Both the position numbers and the translations under genes were made by a program. A stretch of DNA of 54,353 nt from IMG/VR virus record IMGVR_UViG_3300025617_000030, positions 1 through 54,353 of that record; one strand, written 5' to 3'. How positions within the stretch are numbered: the stretch's first letter is position 1; every line of letters starts with the position of its first letter. This stretch comes from a virus (lineage: Duplodnaviria > Caudoviricetes). Positions 36,244 to 47,007 of this stretch are shown here, piece by piece. The notes under the pieces were generated by a model, which did not search any database, was not told the DNA's origin, and worked only from the letters and a program-made list of their open reading frames with translations.

Positions 36244-37185
36244 ATGGCAATTCGCAGACCATTGAAAATCGAGGGAACTGATCTTAAACAGTTCTCTGAC
36301 GATGAACTCTTAGATATGAAGCAGCATATGGCTAACATATATTCTGCATCACCGACTAACTATCTACGATATCTTACCACCGGTGGAAGCCTAGGAACTA
36401 TTGAAGACACAAGGCTGACTTCAGGTACCGCTGTCTCTGAGACCGGTAACCAAGATGCAGATGACGATGGTGCATCTGAATTTCCAACAGAGCTGGAGAC
36501 CGGTGAGCCTGAAACAAAAACAGTTCAGTTCAGTCGAATCGATCACGTAAACTCTCCTCCATCACCAGCTGAGCTCGGTACAAGTGGCACACATTATTTT
36601 ATTTACTTTAATGCAGAAAACAATGTACAAGTGATGACACTGCAGGATATGATTGATACGTTCGCGCCATATGTAGCGGACTACATGGCATATAACAAGT
36701 ATACTATTTCAACTGCTGCCACACTTAGTGGTTACGCAGAAATGGGTGTTGTATATGCAGACACGCGTGCAGATGTAGCGGCTTATGCAGCAGGTAATAT
36801 CGGAGGAACTGGTACTATTCAGGATCTACCACAGACTATAGCAGAGTATCGGCTATATGGTAAAAACAATTTCACAGTATCTCCAATACAACCAGCATAT
36901 ATTGATTCAAACAACAACATTCGTGTCATGTCTGATGTTGACCGTAATAGTCGGCTGTATGAAGTATCACGACATGCACTGACAAATGTGGCTGGTATGA
37001 TCCCGGACTTCTCGATCGATGGACCGGGAACTACATTAGGATCAGTTATGACGAATACAAAGCTCAATGGATCAGGCAACTATCAGACAAGGTTTGTTGG
37101 TGTTGATGATTACAGAGCACAAGAATTCCCGAACGGATCGTCAGAAGTAGTTAACCAATACAGATTAAAGGGTACGTTAGTATGA
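36244..37185 (+). CDS. Putative virion structural protein
   Basis: MAIRRPL N-terminus, DDYRAQEFPNG C-terminus; CAGGAG RBS. Confidence 0.65.
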   Translation: MAIRRPLKIEGTDLKQFSDDELLDMKQHMANIYSASPTNYLRYLTTGGSLGTIEDTRLTSGTAVSETGNQDADDDGASEFPTELETGEPETKTVQFSRIDHVNSPPSPAELGTSGTHYFIYFNAENNVQVMTLQDMIDTFAPYVADYMAYNKYTISTAATLSGYAEMGVVYADTRADVAAYAAGNIGGTGTIQDLPQTIAEYRLYGKNNFTVSPIQPAYIDSNNNIRVMSDVDRNSRLYEVSRHALTNVAGMIPDFSIDGPGTTLGSVMTNTKLNGSGNYQTRFVGVDDYRAQEFPNGSSEVVNQYRLKGTLV

Positions 37186-37682
37186 TTTTAGAAAATGGTA
37201 AGTTCACAGAAGCGGTGTATGCTTCAGGACGTAAAGACCTTATTACTGCTCTATGGCGTTATGACGGAGCAGATGAGTTCATTGAAGTCAACATTGAGAC
37301 TGATTTAGAAAACGAGATGTATATTACGCTTCTCGACACCTTTACTGTTGATCAGATCTCTAACATGACGAATGATAAGCATAAGCGTGAGATCGCAGCA
37401 TTCGAAGCTATGATGAAAGATGTCGGTGAAAAGTTTGGTTTGCTTTATAACGCCGATGCCCTTGCAGAACATAACGGTAAGAAAGAAGTACATAGTATTG
37501 ACCACATCTTCGAACCACCAGAAGGAACTGAGGGTGAGGATCTGTTGTTCAACCTGAAGCTTAGAGTATTTGACATGGACGAAGTCAATGACTCAAAGCG
37601 TACGAAGGTAAAGAAACAACTAAGAGAAGCAAAGACTCCACTAGAAGTACTTTACCTTGCAGGTAAGTTCCTATACGAATAA
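37182..37682 (+). CDS. Hypothetical protein
   Basis: 166 aa; ATGA overlap; tail-to-tail overlap with 37671. Confidence 0.65.
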   Translation: MILENGKFTEAVYASGRKDLITALWRYDGADEFIEVNIETDLENEMYITLLDTFTVDQISNMTNDKHKREIAAFEAMMKDVGEKFGLLYNADALAEHNGKKEVHSIDHIFEPPEGTEGEDLLFNLKLRVFDMDEVNDSKRTKVKKQLREAKTPLEVLYLAGKFLYE

Positions 37683-38357
37683 ATCGTAGTACTTCCAGTT
37701 CTTAGGCCGGTTGTCCATATTAGTAAAGTGAACGAATTTGACATCATCGTGAAATTCGCCACCCATGAACATGAAAGGATTGCCGGTCTTTTCTTTATAA
37801 AGACGATTCATACGACCGATCGAACTGCGCTCTGACTCACGGGCATCCATCCTTGCAAACCATGCATCAGGCATAGAGATCATCTCAAGCTGTTCCTTTG
37901 CCGATTCCTCTACAAAGTTTTGTTCACCATTAATAGGGCCTGTGGTTACACCTTCCTTGATGTATTTTGTTTGCCAGTAGCCCGGGTTCTCCATGAACTT
38001 ATCATAGATGTATTGACAATCCTTTGGATAGTACTTGTAGAGTCCACCATTGACCTTCCAACCATGAGCGGACGTATCATTACCTCTCCACCAATTCGGA
38101 GCATGTGCAAACTGGCCAGGTTCAATAGGAAACTCAAATAACTTTGTGTAGTCACCTACAAGCAAGACATCGATATCCATGACACATACAGGTTCATCTG
38201 ACCCTGTGTTCATGGCAAGCATCTTATTCCACTGTAGTTTTATACGTCTGTCGTATTCATCACGGATCCATACAAACTCATAGTCTAGCTTAGACTCAAG
38301 GTATTCTTCGTACTCAGGTCCGTAACGATCACCGATTCTAACCGCGTAGATTTTCAT
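37671..38357 (-). CDS. GT-A fold glycosyltransferase-like protein
   Basis: VRIGDRYG, QWNKM, DxD (MDID), NGG, GEQNF, VHFT. Confidence 0.65.
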   Translation of the reverse strand: MKIYAVRIGDRYGPEYEEYLESKLDYEFVWIRDEYDRRIKLQWNKMLAMNTGSDEPVCVMDIDVLLVGDYTKLFEFPIEPGQFAHAPNWWRGNDTSAHGWKVNGGLYKYYPKDCQYIYDKFMENPGYWQTKYIKEGVTTGPINGEQNFVEESAKEQLEMISMPDAWFARMDARESERSSIGRMNRLYKEKTGNPFMFMGGEFHDDVKFVHFTNMDNRPKNWKYYDLFV

Positions 38358-39645
38358 TATAAAATGGATCCTTAAAAACGTTTTTACCCATGACCACGGT
38401 GTTTTCTAACTCATAGTAACGCAACAAGCTTTGATGGATTTCTTGTGGTCTCATCTTATGTAGTAGGAACATATAAGAGAAGATATTAGAGAATGCAATC
38501 AGGTTTGTCTTTGACTCATCGACATCAAGCATATCATTTACAACATCACATTGTACAAACTCAACGTCCTTGACCTTGTGAATCACATCTACCCACTTTT
38601 GATCGTCAAAGTATGTTAGGTTCTCTTTGACCACGTCTGTCCTGTAATCAACGGTATCGATGTAGCAGTCGTGGTTCTTACCGATGTATCGTGATACTGT
38701 ATCGATATCCTCAGGTTTATTCACCCATTCATACAATAACTGTTTCCATTTGAGAGAAGTTGTGTTATAATCAAATACGACAAGCTTAGTTTTCTTGTGA
38801 CCAAACTTATGCCATAGGTACTCGGCCATCTCACCTGATGCCGGTGAATAGATGACATCATATTTTCTCTGTGGGATCTTCTCATATTTCTTCAGTTTCT
38901 CATTGTTCTTGACGTACACAATATTGTTTTCACGGTTTCTCTCCATGTCTAACATCTCAGACATCTTTTCACGTTCAGGATATGTAAAGAACTTACACGT
39001 ACGTTCCATATCAAAGTTGAGTATCTGCTTACCGTCTTCAAGAACCTTTGTGATATATTCGGCCATGTGACACTTTTCGACTTCACCCCACTGATCAGAT
39101 GGCTTGACCCAAAACGGAGTGTAGTCATCATGTACATTCCCTTCTGATCTCTCTGGGATCATAACCTTGCCGGTGTAATCACCCCAGACCATGGGTCTGC
39201 CAATCTGACGCCAGTGCCTTAGGTCCATGAACATTGTTTGTAAATGTAATCGACCGTATGGTTTATGTGGGTGAAAGAGTAGGTGACCACGACACACCGT
39301 TTCTGATTTACAGAACTTATCAAAGTAGTCTGCAATAGTCTGTGGCGAATCTGATTGATACGACTGATAAAACGTACCGGTCAATGAGATCATTGCATGA
39401 TCGTATTCATCTGACTGTTCGAGTGCTTCATCAAGATTACGAGTGAAAATGACGTTGCAGTCCTTTGATCCACGGTTATTCCAACCAATACCTGTGAACC
39501 AAGTCAGAGTTGTAAGGTACTCATGGAACTCATTCCATTCTAACTTAGGATAGAGTACAATGATATGAACACGTTTTGATGATTTGTCTGTGTTATGATT
39601 TGAGTTCTCAATGATGTACTCACCTAGTTCTTCAAAACTCAGCAT
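38338..39645 (-). CDS. Hypothetical protein (possible modification enzyme)
   Basis: 435-aa ORF; HDDYTPFW motif; C-terminal part loosely Rossmann-like. Confidence 0.6.
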   Translation of the reverse strand: MLSFEELGEYIIENSNHNTDKSSKRVHIIVLYPKLEWNEFHEYLTTLTWFTGIGWNNRGSKDCNVIFTRNLDEALEQSDEYDHAMISLTGTFYQSYQSDSPQTIADYFDKFCKSETVCRGHLLFHPHKPYGRLHLQTMFMDLRHWRQIGRPMVWGDYTGKVMIPERSEGNVHDDYTPFWVKPSDQWGEVEKCHMAEYITKVLEDGKQILNFDMERTCKFFTYPEREKMSEMLDMERNRENNIVYVKNNEKLKKYEKIPQRKYDVIYSPASGEMAEYLWHKFGHKKTKLVVFDYNTTSLKWKQLLYEWVNKPEDIDTVSRYIGKNHDCYIDTVDYRTDVVKENLTYFDDQKWVDVIHKVKDVEFVQCDVVNDMLDVDESKTNLIAFSNIFSYMFLLHKMRPQEIHQSLLRYYELENTVVMGKNVFKDPFYNENLRG

Positions 39646-40297
39646 TCGGATGTTCCTTGCGCACAGAGTCTACAAACAACTGGCGTCGTTCTTTATTCGA
39701 CCCACCATGAATGATAAAATGAAACCGTGGTTCCCTACTAAAGTTTGCTGCCTCATGAAAGCAACCATTGTTAAACCAGTAACACTCGCGTGGTTGGAAC
39801 GGTACTTCTTCAAGTGTATCGGCATTGCGTAGATAGCAGTTGTCTGGTTGTGTGATACAGATGTTCATCGCTGTCATGACGTTATTCTTGAGCGGCATTC
39901 CAGGTTTCCACTTGTGTGTATCAGTATGCTTACGAATAAAACCCCATGGTTCGAGTAGCATAAAACGACAACGACCATACAGACCATTGTTCGGAAATGT
40001 GTTCTGCAACCAGTCTGTCATTACAGGTGCTAGGTCACATAACTCGGTCCAATGATACTTTTCTTTGTTTGGATTATAACCTGTGATATTCCATGCATCA
40101 CCGTGTAAAGTAGCTGATGCCCAACCTCTACCATCATTCATACGGTGTGAAGTGAACAGTCCAAGGTCATATATGTCCCTTGCTTCTTGCTGTACTTTGG
40201 CCGGGATTTTTATGTCTGCTTTGAGATATAAGAGGTTGTTATCGGTACACCATTGCAGTGCACGTTCAAACTCTCCAGCAGTCTGTGATCCATCCAT
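39632..40297 (-). CDS. Fe(II)/2OG dioxygenase, AspH-like
   Basis: RCRFMLLEPWGFIRKHTD (HxD), distal HEAAN, RFHFI. Confidence 0.8.
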   Translation of the reverse strand: MDGSQTAGEFERALQWCTDNNLLYLKADIKIPAKVQQEARDIYDLGLFTSHRMNDGRGWASATLHGDAWNITGYNPNKEKYHWTELCDLAPVMTDWLQNTFPNNGLYGRCRFMLLEPWGFIRKHTDTHKWKPGMPLKNNVMTAMNICITQPDNCYLRNADTLEEVPFQPRECYWFNNGCFHEAANFSREPRFHFIIHGGSNKERRQLFVDSVRKEHPNAEF

Positions 40298-40931
40298 CTA
40301 ATTCTTCCTGTTTCTTGCCTTCATTCAAAATGCAGATCTCGTAGTCGTCACGTTTCTTTTTGGCATACGGATCTTTTTTATATGTCGCACCCTTCCAGTA
40401 ACTGTAGGCAATACCAGTTTGAAAAGTATCGACGTCGATGTCTTCATTAAATAGGAACTTATCAATCCCTTTGTACTTAAACAGAATCTTGTCACGATGA
40501 TTCTGAAAGTAGTTATATACATCCAGGCCTTGGTCACCTGACCACTTCATGACCGATGAGTTATATAACGTAGGAAAGTCTTGTCCAAAGCCAGGCTCCA
40601 AGAATCCTTGTTTCCACTTTGAGTATAACACCGTGAGTGTCCTTGTCTCTGTTGTGTACAACCGAGAGAACTCATTATGTATGACAATATCAAGGTCAAA
40701 TAAGATATTATCGCCTGATTGAAACTTGTTTAGGACGTGTAGCTTATTCCACCAGCCTTCTAAGTCTCCCGGGAGTGTGCACGTGTCCGCCCACGGGACC
40801 ACGCCGGTAGTATCATCAGTGTGGCAATAAAACTCAAAAGGGCCTGGGCAAAACTGATCAACCATACTATAGAGTCGGTTTACATACTCGGCCGAGTACT
40901 TATCACCCCACTTCACGCAGTGTATATTCAT
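40266..40931 (-). CDS. GT-A fold glycosyltransferase, paralog of 9372..10037
   Basis: CVKWGDKY, GWWNKL, FDLD, YNSSVM. Confidence 0.8.
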   Translation of the reverse strand: MNIHCVKWGDKYSAEYVNRLYSMVDQFCPGPFEFYCHTDDTTGVVPWADTCTLPGDLEGWWNKLHVLNKFQSGDNILFDLDIVIHNEFSRLYTTETRTLTVLYSKWKQGFLEPGFGQDFPTLYNSSVMKWSGDQGLDVYNYFQNHRDKILFKYKGIDKFLFNEDIDVDTFQTGIAYSYWKGATYKKDPYAKKKRDDYEICILNEGKKQEELDGWITDCWRV

Positions 40932-41503
40932 AATGTACCTATGACCATGTATCTCTCGTATCGATCGTTGACTTGTGTATCTGCATAATATATATTATTG
41001 AGTCCGGTAGACTCAACGAACTCATCGAGTGAGTTCTTGCAATTCGTATGCTCAGGTATGTGATGATAGTTATTTGACTGTAGTGCATAAACAGGAAAGG
41101 CCGAGACGATATGGTCTTTCATATCAGGCATATGTTCACACGATGTATTGATTACGGTGTCGTATGTTGCCATGTTAATTGACTCCATACGACCATGGAT
41201 ACTTGTTGAGTTGATTGCAGCGTTATGTGCAAACTCATTCGCAATGTTATGTACATGTGGATCGGCATCGAAGCAGGTTATCTTGCTGGTGTGCCTCAAT
41301 AAATAAGGTAGTACTGTGGCATACCATGATCCAATGATACATATGTTCTTTGGTGAATGGTTCTCGTACAAATGCTCAACAAGCCATAACTTTGACTTGA
41401 TTTGAGAATGTGAATAACTTTGAGCGAAATCATGAACCTGTGAGATATCACCTATTCCACGAGTCGTCTTTGATACTGCTTCTACAAACTGTTGGTCGAT
41501 CAT
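40928..41503 (-). CDS. SAM-dependent methyltransferase-fold protein
   Basis: Q..SK.WL, IIGSWY, CFDAD, VINTSCEH, LQSNNY, RYMVIG. Confidence 0.7.
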   Translation of the reverse strand: MIDQQFVEAVSKTTRGIGDISQVHDFAQSYSHSQIKSKLWLVEHLYENHSPKNICIIGSWYATVLPYLLRHTSKITCFDADPHVHNIANEFAHNAAINSTSIHGRMESINMATYDTVINTSCEHMPDMKDHIVSAFPVYALQSNNYHHIPEHTNCKNSLDEFVESTGLNNIYYADTQVNDRYERYMVIGTL

Positions 41504-42758
41504 GAAAAAATTTTGGTGTCCCGAACCCTATATGACATTTGAACAACGTACGTTTGGTAACTACGGTGTTTGCTGCCGTTCTTATCCCTTACCGTACACG
41601 ATGAAGGATAAGAGCATCGAAGATCATTTCAATTCTGATGAAATGAAAGCTATTCGATCTGAAATGGAGTCTGGTGAACCTGGGCCCTTTGTTTCTAAGT
41701 ATTGTGAAAAATGTATTGCTCATGAAAAGTCTGGTGTTACATCACGACGTCAGCATAGGATTAACCAGCTAGAGGATGCACCGCAAAGCTTTCGCGATCG
41801 TGTTAATGATATTATACACCAATCAGAGCAAAGTGTACATCTATTTATTCAGAATATGGCATTTTATTCGCTTGAGTTTAAGTTCTTTGGTAACCTGTGT
41901 AACCTAAAGTGTATGATGTGTCACCCACATCAATCATCATCGCTTGCAGCTGAGTGGAAAAAGCAAGGCAAGTGGGATGGGCCTACACATATTAACAGCT
42001 ACAATGATATCCAAAGCGAAGACTTTTACCGCGATATGGATATCATGATACCCAATAGCCTTGAGCTTAAGTTCACTGGTGGTGAGCCACTCATGAACAG
42101 AGATATCCTTGACTTGTTACAATACTGTGTTGATAAGAAGTATGCAAAGAACATCAAGCTTGTAATTATTACGAACGGCACAAAGCTGCCAAAAGAATTC
42201 TTGAATATACTGAACTACTTTAAAGAGATCACGATCAATGTATCCCTTGATGGTGTATTCGAGGTAAATGATTATCAGAGGGTAGGATCATCGTTTGATG
42301 TGATCGACCGTCATATCAACCAGCTTATTCGATTCCCGAATGTAAAGGTTCAAGTGACTGCTGCAGTGACCGCTATCAATGTTGGTAGGATTCACCAGGT
42401 CGTAAAGTATGCAGAGAGAAAGAATATCTATGCAGATATATCTAGTATAGTACTAAAACCAAAACATCTGTCTGTATCAGTATTACCCAGGAGGATACGT
42501 GACATATACATTGAAAAGAACAAAGGACTCACAGAGGTTATATCCGCATTGGATCACGATGACGTCGAGAGCGAGAAACTGCTTCCTGCTTTTATACAGA
42601 CCTTACGAAACAAGGATGCAAGGGACGGAACAAATTTCATTGACATCATCCCGGAGCTAGAACATGAACTACGAGAGACTATTGACATACGGACACTTCA
42701 TTCCGCTGACTCTTACCTGCGATCCCACCAGGCTTCTCAGTCAGATATCGAAATTTGA
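41502..42758 (+). CDS. Radical SAM enzyme with an N-terminal SPASM/twitch-like Cys cluster
   Basis: CNLKCMMC (CxxxCxxC), FTGGEP, ITNGT, VSLDG; N-terminal CPEP...CC...CEKC. Confidence 0.9.
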   Translation: MKKFWCPEPYMTFEQRTFGNYGVCCRSYPLPYTMKDKSIEDHFNSDEMKAIRSEMESGEPGPFVSKYCEKCIAHEKSGVTSRRQHRINQLEDAPQSFRDRVNDIIHQSEQSVHLFIQNMAFYSLEFKFFGNLCNLKCMMCHPHQSSSLAAEWKKQGKWDGPTHINSYNDIQSEDFYRDMDIMIPNSLELKFTGGEPLMNRDILDLLQYCVDKKYAKNIKLVIITNGTKLPKEFLNILNYFKEITINVSLDGVFEVNDYQRVGSSFDVIDRHINQLIRFPNVKVQVTAAVTAINVGRIHQVVKYAERKNIYADISSIVLKPKHLSVSVLPRRIRDIYIEKNKGLTEVISALDHDDVESEKLLPAFIQTLRNKDARDGTNFIDIIPELEHELRETIDIRTLHSADSYLRSHQASQSDIEI

Positions 42759-43284
42759 TTGGCATCAGTACAACAAGTCAAAGCCAAACAATCCTAGATA
42801 TGGTTTATCGGTTACATCAATGGACGGTGAACTAGATGGGAAAGACTTAGATTCACTATATGAGTACAGTGTTAGAAACAATACTGTGTGTGATGAACTT
42901 TCGTTTCGTGAACTCACCGATGTATATTTTAGCTCAGAAGAGGTAAGAAAGGCTGTTAACCCGTTCCAGGAGTGGATTGGCAGGACACACCTCTTGAACA
43001 TGAAGAAGGGCGGTTATTTCCCTCCGCATCGAGATGATCGAGGTGATGACGAGCAACTGGCTTATCGTATTGTCATACCTCTTACGAAGTGCAATCCACC
43101 GGATAATTATTTTATTCATGACGGAAAGCTACTACATTTCGAACACGGACGAGCTTACTTCGTTAATACAAATTTAACGCACTCGGTGTTTTCTTTTGAT
43201 GATAACTGTGTTATGATGGTTATGAATGTGGAGTGTTGCGACGAGTCCATGAAAGAACTCGTCGGTATGTTTTATAACTTATGA
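42664..43284 (+). CDS. Fe(II)/2OG dioxygenase, AspH-like
   Basis: GGYFPPHRD (HxD), RIVIPL, FVNTNLTHSVF. Confidence 0.75.
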   Translation: MNYERLLTYGHFIPLTLTCDPTRLLSQISKFDWHQYNKSKPNNPRYGLSVTSMDGELDGKDLDSLYEYSVRNNTVCDELSFRELTDVYFSSEEVRKAVNPFQEWIGRTHLLNMKKGGYFPPHRDDRGDDEQLAYRIVIPLTKCNPPDNYFIHDGKLLHFEHGRAYFVNTNLTHSVFSFDDNCVMMVMNVECCDESMKELVGMFYNL

Positions 43285-44012
43285 ACTTCTTTCCAGCCGT
43301 AAGCCTTCTGACCCTTTGAGTTAATTGCTCTGTAGTCGTGTAAAGGTTCCTTACCATTGGCAACAAAGTTAATGAATCGACGGGTCGCAGTACCTGTTGT
43401 ACCACGTGCCTCTGCACGATGCCAGCACTCGGGCAGGTTAGCCCAGAAGATTGCGACGTTGTTACCATATCGGAAATACTTTTCTTCTACCTTCTTGCCA
43501 GATGTGTCATACTTTTCAAGGTAAAAGTTTGCTTTCTCATCATGGTCCATGGCTTCACGAAAGTAAACCATTCCGGTATAGATCTTTGCACCTCCATCAA
43601 TGTGAGTGCCCTTTAGTTCGATACCTACGTCTTCTTTTTTCGTGATAGGTGAGTAACCACCATACTTGAAAACATACTTGTTAAAGTCAGACCAGTATGA
43701 ATCAGGCTTATCAGGGTAAGCTTCTTTGAGTTTTGGAAGTAGATGCTGCTCAAGGATAGCAAGTAGATCTTGTGAGTTATCGAGTGCACGAAGACCTGCA
43801 GAGATCTCATCTGGGAAATCTTGCATATCATCAATTTGATCGGCAGATAGTTCTGACCGTGTAGGTTCAAACTCGTCGACTGCTCTGAGATAGTTAGGTA
43901 GTGTCTGCGTATTCGTCATCGCCTTGACTACTGATAGATCCGAGAACAACTCTGGGATTACAACATGAGGCCAAGGGTCGTCAAAATATTGTACGTTAGA
44001 TAGGTTTAGCAT
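43272..44012 (-). CDS. Fe(II)/2OG dioxygenase
   Basis: PWPHVVI, HID (HxD), WH...RRFINF. Confidence 0.75.
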   Translation of the reverse strand: MLNLSNVQYFDDPWPHVVIPELFSDLSVVKAMTNTQTLPNYLRAVDEFEPTRSELSADQIDDMQDFPDEISAGLRALDNSQDLLAILEQHLLPKLKEAYPDKPDSYWSDFNKYVFKYGGYSPITKKEDVGIELKGTHIDGGAKIYTGMVYFREAMDHDEKANFYLEKYDTSGKKVEEKYFRYGNNVAIFWANLPECWHRAEARGTTGTATRRFINFVANGKEPLHDYRAINSKGQKAYGWKEVHKL

Positions 44013-44658
44013 TTAGATCTCCGAGATCAATCATGTCTTTATTTATATAATAAACATCACCTTTTGGGTGGCGTTTTCTGGCTTGATCAGCGTCTTTTGC
44101 AAAAACAGTGTATGGTGTACCTACGAGTCCAGCAAGGTGAGATGTAGAACCTGGATAACCATAGTGTCTCTTTGCATGTTTTAAATATTTGTGTACATCT
44201 GCGATAGGCATGGTATAATCTAAATATACCACATTAAGGTCAGGAGGTACAATGACATCTACATACTTCCATTCTTCCCAGTCGTATTTACGTTTTGCAA
44301 ACTCAGGTTCTAGCTTCTGAACCGTGATGTAATCACCATTACCTATCCAACCGTCAGAGAACTTCCATACAGGCAGTGAACCAGTAAAGTTCATGGTATC
44401 TAGCTTCTCGGCTTTACCATCAAAATATATCTTTCGGTCCTTACCTTCCATGGCAGAGTTAATGTACAATAATCGATCAACTACTGTTTCTGAATCAGCG
44501 TCTTTATATTTTTCGTAAAGCTTTTCGTCACCGTCATAATGTATCGATTCATATCCCATGATATATGCATAGGATAACGACCATACCATATCACCGTAAC
44601 CAGGCTTAAAGACTGTCTCGTACACGGTACCACTCCTCTGCGTAATTTGTCGTTTCAC
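43996..44658 (-). CDS. Putative GT-B glycosyltransferase-like protein
   Basis: GYGD near the N-terminus and GYPGSTSHLAGLVGTP resemble the GT9 G.DSG..HLA..G.P motif; start uncertain. Confidence 0.5.
   Translation of the reverse strand: MKRQITQRSGTVYETVFKPGYGDMVWSLSYAYIMGYESIHYDGDEKLYEKYKDADSETVVDRLLYINSAMEGKDRKIYFDGKAEKLDTMNFTGSLPVWKFSDGWIGNGDYITVQKLEPEFAKRKYDWEEWKYVDVIVPPDLNVVYLDYTMPIADVHKYLKHAKRHYGYPGSTSHLAGLVGTPYTVFAKDADQARKRHPKGDVYYINKDMIDLGDLNAKPI
44040..44047 (-). promoter_or_regulatory. Possible late promoter TATAAATA upstream of 44012
   Basis: Exact motif about 28 nt upstream of the ATG, inside a CDS; GGAG follows. Confidence 0.5.
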
Positions 44659-45241
44659 AACCAGGTATCCACGGTCCTCCTGTTGTATAGTGTAGCGCTT
44701 TCGGCTTTGATGTCACATACCAATCAGTCAAATAGTTCCACTCAAACGGGATCGATCCGATATCGTAGTCATTCAACCAACTAAACTGATGTAGCATTGA
44801 CGCTCTTGTATGGTTCACAAAGTCAACCGAGAGTGTTGCATTCATCGGATGTCCACAGTTCCATACAATCAAGCTTGACCAGTTCTTGCGAGGATAATCC
44901 TTTTGTGGCATGCCGCCCATCTTATGTGTTGTATTTGGATGATATTTGTGTTTGACTACACTTACTGCCTTTGACTTGTCGATCCCATCAAGCATCTCAT
45001 TGATGTCTTCAAGAAATAGAAAGTCGTTGTCACAAAAAACAGCGTATCCACTATAGTCACAAAGGTATGGCACAAGAAATCGTGAGAACGCAAACTCAGT
45101 TGATTCACCAGGTTCACGTCTCTTAAAACCCCTGACCTCATCACGCTTTAAATCGATCAGCTCGTGATCAGATCCGATACTTGCTTTACATACCTCAGAA
45201 GCTTCGGGGTATCTTGAATCCCATCCAACAAATATTTTCAT
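44606..45241 (-). CDS. GT8-like glycosyltransferase
   Basis: IFVGWDSR, STEFAFSRFLVP, FCDND, YPRKNWSS, EWNYL, LHYTTGGPW. Confidence 0.85.
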   Translation of the reverse strand: MKIFVGWDSRYPEASEVCKASIGSDHELIDLKRDEVRGFKRREPGESTEFAFSRFLVPYLCDYSGYAVFCDNDFLFLEDINEMLDGIDKSKAVSVVKHKYHPNTTHKMGGMPQKDYPRKNWSSLIVWNCGHPMNATLSVDFVNHTRASMLHQFSWLNDYDIGSIPFEWNYLTDWYVTSKPKALHYTTGGPWIPGCETTNYAEEWYRVRDSL

Positions 45242-45732
45242 CTCATCACCTTGATCGTGTGTCCGTCTCTGACTGTGTCATACATAAAATTTACTCTATC
45301 GGTTTTTCCATGGTTCCATGCATAATGCAATTGTGTGTCGTCAAATGTAAAAAACGTTCCAGGCTCAAACATCGTGTCTTTACCATTGACATTGATACCT
45401 GCATCTGCAGATGAGTACAAGCAAAGGTGGGATCTCCATACGTGATCGGCATAGTCGTCGTAACCACGATGTGGCTTGAGCATGCAACCAGGCCTAAGAA
45501 TTGAGAACGCGCAGTTGATCATACCATCAATGAGTGGGTCTAGTCTAGTTGACCTGATAATCTTTTGTTTGTCTACGAGAAAGATCGTATCCCAACCTCT
45601 ATTATAGAGATCCTTTTCCACCCACTCATGAGCCTCTGAAGAGATCTCATCATAGACTTCCCGGATGAGATCAATAGAGTTTTGAATGGTCGTATGCAAT
45701 TCTGTGTACAATTCTTTCTTCCATATTTTCAA
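45238..45732 (-). CDS. Aspartyl/asparaginyl beta-hydroxylase family dioxygenase (AspH/LpxO-like)
   Basis: FSILRPG..LKPHRG, RSHLCL, FDDTQLHYAWN...DRV. Confidence 0.85.
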   Translation of the reverse strand: MKIWKKELYTELHTTIQNSIDLIREVYDEISSEAHEWVEKDLYNRGWDTIFLVDKQKIIRSTRLDPLIDGMINCAFSILRPGCMLKPHRGYDDYADHVWRSHLCLYSSADAGINVNGKDTMFEPGTFFTFDDTQLHYAWNHGKTDRVNFMYDTVRDGHTIKVMR

Positions 45733-46444
45733 ACGGCCAACGCTTGTGAATCGAAAGCCATTGTTCAGATATCACTACATCACCATCTTCCCAGTCATGA
45801 TGATACATGTATTTTTCCTGTAGTACATGTTCCACGAGTTCATCATATAGTTCTTTGTCTATCCCATCAAGGATCTGCAAGAAGGGAAAGAATAAACCTT
45901 TTTGTCCCTCTTCATTAGTGTAAACCAACGGTTGAGGGTTAGCATAATTGACATGCTCATGGAAGTAATCTGTTGTCGAGTACTTACCACTTTGATAACC
46001 ACATATGACAGTTTCTCTTTCGACCCTTAGTTTCATCTTATCAGACAGATCATTGTATGCCTCGATCATATTAATCCAAGATGTGCGAGATCCCTTTGTG
46101 TTTGATACACCATGAATCCATATAAATGGTTTACGATCTGGATTCGATGGTGAGTTAGCATGCCAATCTAAAACAGATTTATGCCCGAAGAGACCTGGAC
46201 GACCCTTGTCATCTTTCTTACCAGTGACACGGATGATACCTTTATGAGCTCGAATGTTTTCATACCTAGGATCATCCGAGTCTTCAATATCACCGACAGC
46301 AGAACAAATACCGTACTCATCCTCTGGTTGCATCTTTTGATTCTTAAATACAACAACAGTCTCACGCATTACCTGACGATGAATGTTACGTATCTCATCA
46401 CCAGACAAAGAGTTAAGATTAATCTCATAAATTACGGGTTGCAT
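45671..46444 (-). CDS. TauD/TfdA-family dioxygenase
   Basis: VVVFKNQ, LDWHAN, GSRTSW, HDWEDGDVVI..Q..SIHKR, RIVHRI. Confidence 0.8.
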   Translation of the reverse strand: MQPVIYEINLNSLSGDEIRNIHRQVMRETVVVFKNQKMQPEDEYGICSAVGDIEDSDDPRYENIRAHKGIIRVTGKKDDKGRPGLFGHKSVLDWHANSPSNPDRKPFIWIHGVSNTKGSRTSWINMIEAYNDLSDKMKLRVERETVICGYQSGKYSTTDYFHEHVNYANPQPLVYTNEEGQKGLFFPFLQILDGIDKELYDELVEHVLQEKYMYHHDWEDGDVVISEQWLSIHKRWPFENMEERIVHRIAYDHSKLY

Positions 46445-47007
46445 GATTTAAGCTCCTTGAGAAAACTATCGTCTCCCCATGTATAAAAAAATTGTGGTAC
46501 GCTTCTATATAGTAGCATTTGAGGGTGTGCAATATACGGAGTATTGAATCGTTTGAGTATGTTCTCCATACTGTTCTTTTTACCTGATATATAGTTTCGC
46601 GTGAAGAAGACTGTGTCTATACCAAAGTCGGTATGGTGAGGATAATTATTATAGAAATTATATATCTCACCATCTAGATATTTCCATAGCTCTCGATTTT
46701 GCCAATGATTCTTTCCTCGATCTACATCGATGTGTAGATCAGGCCTACGGTAGAGACGATTAAATCCACGGGCAACATTAGCAGGTAAGTCAGGATCCTG
46801 ATACAAACCAAACATACCAATGGGCACATCTCGGTGACAGAGAACTGTAATAAATACAGATGATGGTATTAGGTCATGCTTATAATTATTTTTATACGGA
46901 TTGGTCTCATCGGTTGCTGCCGTCAAAAGCAGATCCATGTACCCATCAAACCTTTTACGGGTCACAACGAAACTTAAATCATAAGAAAGTTTATGAACAT
47001 GAAACAT
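46432..47007 (-). CDS. Hypothetical protein, possibly acyltransferase-like (start revised to MFHVHK; uncertain)
   Basis: PIGMFG, ARGFNRLY, VFFTR; family not secure. Confidence 0.5.
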   Translation of the reverse strand: MFHVHKLSYDLSFVVTRKRFDGYMDLLLTAATDETNPYKNNYKHDLIPSSVFITVLCHRDVPIGMFGLYQDPDLPANVARGFNRLYRRPDLHIDVDRGKNHWQNRELWKYLDGEIYNFYNNYPHHTDFGIDTVFFTRNYISGKKNSMENILKRFNTPYIAHPQMLLYRSVPQFFYTWGDDSFLKELKSCNP